Assembly: GCA_038321865.1 (NCBI GenBank)
Contig: JBBQFH010000003.1
Location: 32,001-96,000 of the forward strand
Direction of reading: 5' to 3'
Length of the DNA stretch: 64,000 nt
Origin: Gemmatimonadales bacterium
Lineage (GTDB): Bacteria > Gemmatimonadota > Gemmatimonadetes > Gemmatimonadales > GWC2-71-9
The number at the start of each line of letters is the position of its first letter. Within the stretch, counting starts at the first letter, position 1. Shown piece after piece: positions 57,173 to 64,000 of the stretch. The translations under genes were made by a program, and so were the position numbers. Below the pieces are notes generated by a model, which was not told the DNA's origin, made no database searches, and saw only the letters and a list, made by a program, of their open reading frames with translations.

Positions 57173-58368
57173 GGTGGCTCTCCGGCCTCGCCGCCCTGAC
57201 GTCGCTGGCCGGCTGCCGCGGTGAGGCGCCGGGTGCGCCGTCGGCGCAGCAGCTGGTCGACAGCCTCCGTCCCGCGGTCGAGCGTGCGGCGGCCCTCCGG
57301 TTCCGCACGCCGCCCCGCGTCGCGATGCGGAGCCGGGAGCAGGTCCGCGCCTACCTCGCGGCCAAGCTCGACGCGGAGCTGCCCGAGTCGCGCGCGCGGG
57401 GCATGGAGGCGGCGTACCGGCTCTTCGGCCTGCTGCCGGACAGCGTGCGCCTGCGGCCGCTGCTGCTGGACCTGTTGAGCGAACAGGTCGTCGGGTACTA
57501 CGACGCCGATTCGGCGATGCTGTTCGCCGTCAACGGGAGCCCGCGGGAACAGCTCCGCCTGGTCATGGCGCACGAGATGGTGCACGCGCTGCAGGGCCAG
57601 TACCTGCCGCTCGACTCGATCTTCCACGACCTCCACAGCAACGACCGTCTCACCGCCGCCCAGGCGATTCTCGAAGGGCAGGCGACCTACGCCTCCATCG
57701 GCATTTACGCGCCGCCGGGCAAGGACCTGTCGCACGACGACGACTTCTGGTCGCTGTACGGCGACCAGGTGCGCGAGCAGCAGGCGGCGATGCCGGTGTT
57801 CGCCCGGGCACCGCTGGTGGTGCGGGAGGGGCTGATCTTTCCCTATGTGGCCGGTGCGGAGTTCATGCACTGGTGGGTGTCGAAGTCGGGTCACGCCGAC
57901 ACGCTGCCCTACGGGCCGCGGATGCCGGCGTCCACCGAGCAGGTGCTCCACCCCGACCGCTACGCGCGCGGTGATCGCCCGGTCGAGATCGCCTTCGACT
58001 CGGCGGCGGCCGATTCCGTCCTGCACGATGACGTGTTGGGGGAAATGGAGTTGCGGGTGCTGGTGGCGCAGGACGCCGGCGTGGCGCAGCCCAGTGACCT
58101 GACGGCGCTGGGGTGGGGCGGAGACCGGTACCGCGTGGTCGCGACGCCGGCGGGGCCGGCGCTCGTCTGGTATCTCATCTTCGATGACGCAGCGAGCACC
58201 GATCGGTTTCTCCGTCAGGCGGGCGAGGAGCTCGCGACGACCCGGCGGCCCGGATACCTGGCGAAACTGGATCGCGTGACGCTCTCCGGCCGGGCCGCGC
58301 TGCGGTTCGTGCTTGCGCCCGCAGGATGGTCGCGCTGGTCCGCGTTGCCGGCCGCTACAATCCGATGA
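57169..58368 (+). CDS. Lipoprotein, putative zinc metallopeptidase
   Basis: LAGC lipobox, HEMVH, EGQA, PASTEQVLHP, GWGGD. Confidence 0.8.
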   Translation: MRWLSGLAALTSLAGCRGEAPGAPSAQQLVDSLRPAVERAAALRFRTPPRVAMRSREQVRAYLAAKLDAELPESRARGMEAAYRLFGLLPDSVRLRPLLLDLLSEQVVGYYDADSAMLFAVNGSPREQLRLVMAHEMVHALQGQYLPLDSIFHDLHSNDRLTAAQAILEGQATYASIGIYAPPGKDLSHDDDFWSLYGDQVREQQAAMPVFARAPLVVREGLIFPYVAGAEFMHWWVSKSGHADTLPYGPRMPASTEQVLHPDRYARGDRPVEIAFDSAAADSVLHDDVLGEMELRVLVAQDAGVAQPSDLTALGWGGDRYRVVATPAGPALVWYLIFDDAASTDRFLRQAGEELATTRRPGYLAKLDRVTLSGRAALRFVLAPAGWSRWSALPAATIR

Positions 58369-59920
58369 GCTTCCCCAGCCAGAAGGCGCCGAAGCCGAAG
58401 AGTCCCCCGAGCACATAGCCGATCCTGACGATCAGGTCGAGCTCCTTCTGGCTGACGTCGCGGATCAGCCGCTCGACCCGTTCGATCGGCAGATCGTTCA
58501 CCTTCTGCTCGATGATTTCCTGCACCCTGATCTGCTGCACCAGCCGCGGGATCTGCGCCTGCACCCACCTCCATGCCTCGTCGATCACGCCTGACCGCAG
58601 CGACGCCGTCATCTCCGGGCCGATCCACTCGGCGGGGCGGCCGATCGGCTGCTCGAGCAGGCGATCCACCAGTCCGCGCACCACGGTCTCGACCATGCGT
58701 TGCCCCTGGTCGCTGGCCAGGACGCCGGACGCGAACATCGCCACCTTGTCGCCGCGGACGCCGGTGAGCAGGTCGCCCCAGGTCCGCCGCTCGAGCGCCT
58801 GCATCGCCCGGTCGGCGGCGGCGTCGACGACGCGCCGGGTCCCGGGCTCCCGCGCGATCCTGACGAGCCAGTCGCCAAGTGACTCGCTCACGCCGGTGCG
58901 GCGCTCGTCGCCCAGCCGGGCCAGCCGCTCGCTCGTCGGCACCAGCAGGAAGTTGATCACCGCTTCGCGCACCGCCCGGGCCAGCTGCTCCCGCATCTCG
59001 GGGGCGTCGAAGGCCGCCGCGAAGCGGTCGAAGCCCTCGTGCTCGAACCCGTCCACCAGCCGCTCGATCGTGCGGTCGGTGACCATCAGCTTGGCCAGCA
59101 GCCGCTCGTGCAGCATCATCTCTCGCACCGAGCTGTCGAACGCATCGCGGAGCGCCGCCTCGATCCGGCCGCGCGCTTCCGGATCGCTCAGCAGCGCGCC
59201 CAGACGGTCGAGTGCCACGGGGATGTAGTCGGTGATGGCCTGTTCGATCGCGCCGATGAACCCGGCGGGCAGGCGGCTCAGGAGGGGCCGGTCGTCACCG
59301 GCGAGCTGTTCCGACTGGGTGGCGACGAAGCGGCGGAGCGTGCTCTCGAGCTCGTCGCCTTCGACGAACTGGCCGACCAACTCGTCCACCTTGCGCCGGA
59401 TCTTCTCGTGCCGCTCGGCGGTCAGGACCTCCGCGATGGGCCGGTCCGCCACCTCCTGCCGCACCCGTTCCAGCCACCCGGCCATCTGCTCGATCCCCTC
59501 GGCCGAGCGGAGATAGTCGGCCAGCCGCTCCGCCACCCGCGGGGCGACTGACGCCAGTGCCCGGTCGAACGCCTGACTGACGGTCGGACTCAGGTGCGAG
59601 CGCAGCGAGCCCCGGTCCTGATCCACGATCGCGTCGAACATCCGTCCGATCGCGTCGGCGAAGGTATCGCGGACGGCTGGCGCGTTGAGCCGCGCATGCA
59701 GGTCCTCGGACGTGAGCAACCGCTCACCCACGGTTTTCGCGATGCTGTGCGCCAGCCGGGCCTTGTTCTTGGGCAGGGCGCCCTGGATCTTGAACGGCCC
59801 CCAGCCGCGTCGTTCGTAGGGACGGAAGAGCAGAAAGATCGACGTGGTGTCGGTCATGCCGCCGGCGACCGAGGCAACGGCGGTGGTGAAGGCCATCTCC
59901 CAGAAGGTGTGCTGGTCCAT
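58355..59920 (-). CDS. DUF445 family protein
   Basis: LFRPY..QGALPK; C-terminal KELDLIVRIGYVLGG. Confidence 0.85.
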   Translation of the reverse strand: MDQHTFWEMAFTTAVASVAGGMTDTTSIFLLFRPYERRGWGPFKIQGALPKNKARLAHSIAKTVGERLLTSEDLHARLNAPAVRDTFADAIGRMFDAIVDQDRGSLRSHLSPTVSQAFDRALASVAPRVAERLADYLRSAEGIEQMAGWLERVRQEVADRPIAEVLTAERHEKIRRKVDELVGQFVEGDELESTLRRFVATQSEQLAGDDRPLLSRLPAGFIGAIEQAITDYIPVALDRLGALLSDPEARGRIEAALRDAFDSSVREMMLHERLLAKLMVTDRTIERLVDGFEHEGFDRFAAAFDAPEMREQLARAVREAVINFLLVPTSERLARLGDERRTGVSESLGDWLVRIAREPGTRRVVDAAADRAMQALERRTWGDLLTGVRGDKVAMFASGVLASDQGQRMVETVVRGLVDRLLEQPIGRPAEWIGPEMTASLRSGVIDEAWRWVQAQIPRLVQQIRVQEIIEQKVNDLPIERVERLIRDVSQKELDLIVRIGYVLGGLFGFGAFWLGKLIGL

Positions 59921-60012
59921 GCGCGGAAAGTAAGGGGGGCGGTGTAGCGGCCGCATCGGTGATGGTACAGTTTGAATTCGCGGCCCCTAGCCGGAAGTGC
60001 TAACTTAGGGGT

Positions 60013-60228
60013 ATGAGCAAGAAAGCCACGCCCGCCCGGCCCCGCGATACGAACCAGCTGGCCGCGTTCGTCGGCGGGATCGCCACGGAGCAGCGGGAGG
60101 AGCCAGAGGCGCCGGAGACGGCCCCAGGCGCCCGTAAGCGGGGCGAGGCGAGGGCGGCGAAGCTCAGCCCGGAGGAACGGAAGCGCATCGCCCAGAAGGC
60201 GGCGAGGGTCCGCTGGGCGAAGGAGTAA
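60013..60228 (+). CDS. Small basic element-associated protein
   Basis: PRDTNQLA..ARAAKLSPEERKRIAQKAARVRW. Confidence 0.8.
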   Translation: MSKKATPARPRDTNQLAAFVGGIATEQREEPEAPETAPGARKRGEARAAKLSPEERKRIAQKAARVRWAKE

Positions 60229-60390
60229 CACAGCAACCGCGCCCCGATGGTCTGGGGCGCCGCGCTCGGGAACATCAGCAGTTAGCTAGTGTTTTTTCAT
60301 CTACCACCTCGGCTGTGCCTCCTGGCACGGTTGGGGTCCAGAGCGGCCAGAGACGCCTTACTAGGGGCGTTGTCTCTGGCCGTTCGCCTT

Positions 60391-61050
60391 TCAAGCCTCA
60401 GGCGCGCTTCCGAGCAAGATGCGTTCGATGCGGTCATAGAGCCGCTCACTGGCCTCCGGGTCCTCCATCGCCTCCGCTCGCTTCATCAGGAACTCGACGT
60501 ACCTGTTGCGAGCATCCTGCATCGCGTTCTCGGCGTCGCCACCTCCCGCGGCGCCGTCATCCTCTGTGCCGTTGTTGGCGCGTCGCGCGCCCCGCCGCGC
60601 GAAGCCAGTGGGGACCTTAAAGTTCTTACTGACAGCAACGCCCGCGAACTTCGCCGCGTGAAGGTAGAACGTCATGGCCTTGCGCAGCGTGTCCCCAGCT
60701 AGCCCCTTGAAAGTCTCTGCAAGCTGGTTCGTGGTGCCGTTGATAGTGCCCAGTCGAACCGCCTCGCCGTAGTGCGTTTCAAGTAGCCCCTTTATCACTC
60801 GCCCCCGGTCCTTCTCGTTGTTCACCAGCTCCTGAAAAATCGGCGTCACTTCGCCACCTGGCTTGATTAGGCCGAAGAACTTCAGCGCCGCCAATACCTG
60901 CGTCTTTTGGCCCTCCGAGCCCCCGAGGGCGCTCCGGTCAATCCGAGGTGGGACGGCGCCCTTGAACTTGTCCAAGACATTCAGGACGGTTCTAAACGAG
61001 GTGTACGGCCAAGTCACCGCGTTCGGCTCCTGCGTGCGCTCTTCAGCCAT
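60391..61050 (-). CDS. DUF5343-like protein
   Basis: PY..F..PPRIDRS..ALKFFGLI pattern recognised from memory. Confidence 0.65.
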   Translation of the reverse strand: MAEERTQEPNAVTWPYTSFRTVLNVLDKFKGAVPPRIDRSALGGSEGQKTQVLAALKFFGLIKPGGEVTPIFQELVNNEKDRGRVIKGLLETHYGEAVRLGTINGTTNQLAETFKGLAGDTLRKAMTFYLHAAKFAGVAVSKNFKVPTGFARRGARRANNGTEDDGAAGGGDAENAMQDARNRYVEFLMKRAEAMEDPEASERLYDRIERILLGSAPEA

Positions 61051-61202
61051 AACAAACCCTCCATCGGGCACGGGATACGGGCAGCATCGATAAGAGACAG
61101 GATAGCGATTGAATACCACGCCGTCAATGGTACGGACGAAATTTGGTGGTACGACGTAGGGGCGCTATTTTGGTACTCCACTGCTGCATTGGAGGTTTTT
61201 GT

Positions 61203-61418
61203 ATGCGCGAAGTGAAGGCAGGACAATCAGTTACAGTGACAACAGCCGACAATCGGGCAGTCAAGCGGAGAGCCATTAGCGGCGTCGTCAACGGCGACGA
61301 TTTCCCAGTGATCTGGGTTTGCGACGACACGGAATACGCTGTCGCGAAGCGGGAAGGCCGCTTACCGATAGGTGTTCCGTGGCCTTCGGATTGCGTTCGG
61401 TCGAATGATACCACTTGA
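61203..61418 (+). CDS. Small hypothetical protein
   Basis: GGAGG RBS; divergent from the DUF5343-like gene. Confidence 0.55.
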   Translation: MREVKAGQSVTVTTADNRAVKRRAISGVVNGDDFPVIWVCDDTEYAVAKREGRLPIGVPWPSDCVRSNDTT

Positions 61419-61443
61419 CAGACGGGCAGTAGTCAAGCATATT
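61414..61443 (+). promoter_or_regulatory. Transposase promoter with overlapping palindrome
   Basis: TTGACA-17bp-CATATT; CTTGAC/GTCAAG inverted repeat. Confidence 0.65.
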
Positions 61444-61486
61444 CGTTCAGTTAGAGTTTACCATAGTAAACCGCTGAGCGAGCCAA

Positions 61487-62350
61487 ATGAACCGCCTGAG
61501 CACCGAACGTCGCACCCAGATTCTTGCCGCCCTCTGCGAAGGTGCATCGGTGAGCGCCGCCGCGCGCCAGAGCGGCGCGTCCAAGGTGACGGTCCTCAAG
61601 TTGTTGGCCGAGGTCGGGCAGGTGTGCCTAGATTACCAACGCGCGACGCTGGTTGATCTGCCGTGCAAGACGATTCAGGCCGACGAAATTTGGTCGTTTA
61701 TCGCCTGTAAGGAGCGCAACGTTCCCCGTGATGAAAAGGGCCGTGGTCGCGGGGACTGCTGGACCTGGACGGCGCTGTGCGCCGATACGAAGCTGGTTCC
61801 CTGCTGGCACCTCGGCACGCGCGATGCCGATGCCGCCAAGCTATTCATGGAGGATTTGGCATCGCGTCTCGCGACCCGCGTTCAACTCACGACAGATGGC
61901 CACCGCGCCTATCTGTCCGCCGTGGAAAAGGCGTTTGGGTGGAACGGTGTGGACTACGCGATGCTAGTCAAACTCTACGGTGCACCGGAGGGGTCAGGCG
62001 TACGTCGGTACAGCCCGCCCGAAATTCTCGGCATTGAGCGGCATTGGGTGATGGGGCAGCCAGAGGAGAAGCTCGTTTCGACGAGCTACGCCGAACGACA
62101 GAACCTGACCATGCGCATGAACGTGCGACGGCTGACGCGGCTGACCAACGGCTTCTCCAAGAAGATCGAGAACCATGGGCACGCGATGGCGCTGTATTTC
62201 ATGCACTACAATTTTTGCCGGAAGCACGAGACGCTGACCAAGGCGAAGGGTGGCGTCCACACGACCCCGGCGATGGCCGCTGGCGTCGCGGATCGCGTCT
62301 GGAAGATCGCCGATATTGTTGCCCTGCTGGAAGCCAAGGAGACCGCATGA
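61487..62350 (+). CDS. IS1-family DDE transposase
   Basis: N-terminal HTH; QADEIW, TTDG, ERQNLTMR, FSKK, TPAMAAG. Confidence 0.9.
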   Translation: MNRLSTERRTQILAALCEGASVSAAARQSGASKVTVLKLLAEVGQVCLDYQRATLVDLPCKTIQADEIWSFIACKERNVPRDEKGRGRGDCWTWTALCADTKLVPCWHLGTRDADAAKLFMEDLASRLATRVQLTTDGHRAYLSAVEKAFGWNGVDYAMLVKLYGAPEGSGVRRYSPPEILGIERHWVMGQPEEKLVSTSYAERQNLTMRMNVRRLTRLTNGFSKKIENHGHAMALYFMHYNFCRKHETLTKAKGGVHTTPAMAAGVADRVWKIADIVALLEAKETA

Positions 62351-63879
62351 CGCGTCGCCCGTCGTCCGTGGTTGATACGCGCGTTATCTACTGCGGGGAC
62401 TGCTTGGAGCGGCTACGGACGCTGCCGGATGCGTGCGTGGACCTGATCTACATCGACCCGCCGTTTAACTCCAATCGCAATTACGAGGTGTTTTGGGGCG
62501 AGACAAAGGAGAAGCGCGCGTTTGACGACCGTCACGCGAGCACCCAGGCGTACATCGACTACATGCGCCCTAGGTGCGTCGAGATGGCCCGCGTGCTGAA
62601 ACAGACCGGCAGCTTCTATTACCACTGTGACTGGCACGCTTCGCACTACGTGAAGGTCATGCTCGACCAGATTCTCGGCGAGGACAACTTTCTAAACGAG
62701 ATCATCTGGCAACGCTCCGATACTCACAACGACGCTAAGAATCAATTTCCGGTTGTGAGTGATTCCATCTTCCTGTACGGCGGGGGCGGCAATCACTTCT
62801 TTCAACCGCAGTACACCGACTATCCCGAAAAGACGTTGCGCGAGTGGTACTTATGGCTAGACCTGCCCGACGGCACAACGCGGCGCATGACTGAGATAGA
62901 GTGCAAGACGCAGGAAATACCTCCAGGCGCGCGACGATTCAACACGGGTGACATGACCAGTCCTAACCCGCGTCCGAATCTCATGTACGAGTACAAGGGA
63001 TATTCGTACCCGGCGAAGGGCTGGCGATACTCGCGTGAGACGATGGCAGAGCTTGACGCGAAAGGCTTGTTGTTGTTTCCGGCCGAGAAAACAGGTCGGA
63101 TCATGCGCAAGCGGTATCTCGATGAACAAAAGGGGCCGATGCTGGGGAATGTGTGGACCGACATTGACCAGTTGCGTGCGAACGACGCCGAGCGGCTCGG
63201 ATATCCCACTCAGAAGCCGCTAGCTCTGCTCGACCGAATCATTCAGGCGAGCAGCAAGCCGAACGATATCGTGATTGACGCCTTCTGCGGCTGCGGGACG
63301 GCGCTAGTCTCGGCCCAACTGCTCAAGCGTCAATGGATCGGCATAGACATCTCTCCAACCGCGTGCCGCGTCATGGCCAAGCGCTTGCGGGATGTATGCG
63401 AGTTGCGCGAGGATGAATCCCTGTGGCGAGCTGGGCGGGGGCTTGTTGTCCGTGACCTGCCGTGGAGCGAGGACCAGCTGCGGAAGCTGCCGCCTTTTGA
63501 GTTTGAGAATTGGGCCGTGATCGCGCTCGGCGGGATTCCAAACAAGGCGCAGGTCGGCGACATGGGGATTGACGGGCGGATTTATCCGGTTTCAGCGGTC
63601 CCGGCCAAGGCCGACACGAAAGACCCGGCTTTCGATTTCATGGATATTTGGTACCCGATCCAGGTCAAGCAGCGCGACAAGGTGGGACGGCCCGACATCG
63701 ACTCCTTTGAAGCTGTCATGACGCGCACCGACCGGACCAAGGGCTTCTTTGTGTCCTTCGCCTTTTCACGGGATGCGCTGGCCGAGATCGACGCCTTTTT
63801 TCGCAAGTCTGGAAAGGTCATTATCCCCCTGACCGTCCGCGAAATCCTAGACGAGCAACTGGCCGCGAAACTCGCCTAG
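62347..63879 (+). CDS. N4/N6 DNA methyltransferase fused to an Mrr-like restriction endonuclease domain
   Basis: YIDPPF, YPTQKP, DAFCGCGT; C-terminal FEFE..DMGIDG..IQVK. Confidence 0.88.
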   Translation: MTRRPSSVVDTRVIYCGDCLERLRTLPDACVDLIYIDPPFNSNRNYEVFWGETKEKRAFDDRHASTQAYIDYMRPRCVEMARVLKQTGSFYYHCDWHASHYVKVMLDQILGEDNFLNEIIWQRSDTHNDAKNQFPVVSDSIFLYGGGGNHFFQPQYTDYPEKTLREWYLWLDLPDGTTRRMTEIECKTQEIPPGARRFNTGDMTSPNPRPNLMYEYKGYSYPAKGWRYSRETMAELDAKGLLLFPAEKTGRIMRKRYLDEQKGPMLGNVWTDIDQLRANDAERLGYPTQKPLALLDRIIQASSKPNDIVIDAFCGCGTALVSAQLLKRQWIGIDISPTACRVMAKRLRDVCELREDESLWRAGRGLVVRDLPWSEDQLRKLPPFEFENWAVIALGGIPNKAQVGDMGIDGRIYPVSAVPAKADTKDPAFDFMDIWYPIQVKQRDKVGRPDIDSFEAVMTRTDRTKGFFVSFAFSRDALAEIDAFFRKSGKVIIPLTVREILDEQLAAKLA

Positions 63880-63951
63880 CTCAAACTGTACCAGTACGGC
63901 CGCATCCCATCGCTTGCTCTCGATGTCCAACCCGTTTAACATTCAGGGCTT

Positions 63952-64000
63952 ATGTTTGACGAGCTGTCCGGAAAACTCAACGCCGCGCTCCAGAAGCTCA
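63952..64000 (+). CDS. ffh: Signal recognition particle protein (5' end only)
   Basis: MFDELSGKLNAALQKL resembles the Ffh N-terminus; only 16 codons visible. Confidence 0.7.
   Translation, partial: MFDELSGKLNAALQKL

Larger units (their letters stand above)
59958..63898 (+). mobile_element. IS1-family element with passenger genes (3941 bp)
   Basis: Left IR GGTGATGGTACAGTTTGA 59958-59975; right IR TCAAACTGTACCAGTACG 63881-63898; flanking direct repeat GCCGCATC at 59950-59957 and 63899-63906. Confidence 0.9.

Noticed and set aside
1..64000. tRNA, rRNA or riboswitch
   Set aside because: No cloverleaf or recognisable conserved RNA motif found by eye; an Rfam scan would be needed to exclude them

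Overview
GC-rich bacterial chromosome window; gene style suggests a Gemmatimonadota-like host, which is inference only. 1-14 kb: phosphate (Pho) cluster, with ppx-phoU-pstB-pstB-pstA-pstC-pstS-pstS-porin on the minus strand and a divergent TonB receptor plus lipoproteins. Candidate Pho boxes occur as 11-bp-phased CGT(G/T)AC repeats. 19.3-32.2 kb: a chromosomal integron with two unusual properties. The cassette array lies downstream of and co-oriented with intI (inverted-integrase layout). Its candidate attI and all 14 complete attC sites use AAT/ATT rather than the canonical AAC/GTT at the crossover box. The array holds 15 cassettes, including an ORF-less cassette, a reverse-oriented gene, a fused hicB-(truncated hicA)/yefM-yoeB cassette and a last cassette with a truncated AAC-type site. 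32-44 kb: small accessory genes and an amide/peptide catabolic operon. 44-60 kb: STAS-phoR-phoB divergent from a nucleotidase/adenosine salvage operon, then housekeeping genes. 59958-63898: an IS1-family element with inverted repeats, an 8-bp target duplication and cargo (DUF5343-like protein, methyltransferase-nuclease fusion), inserted just upstream of ffh. All coordinates were counted by hand and no database searches were run.
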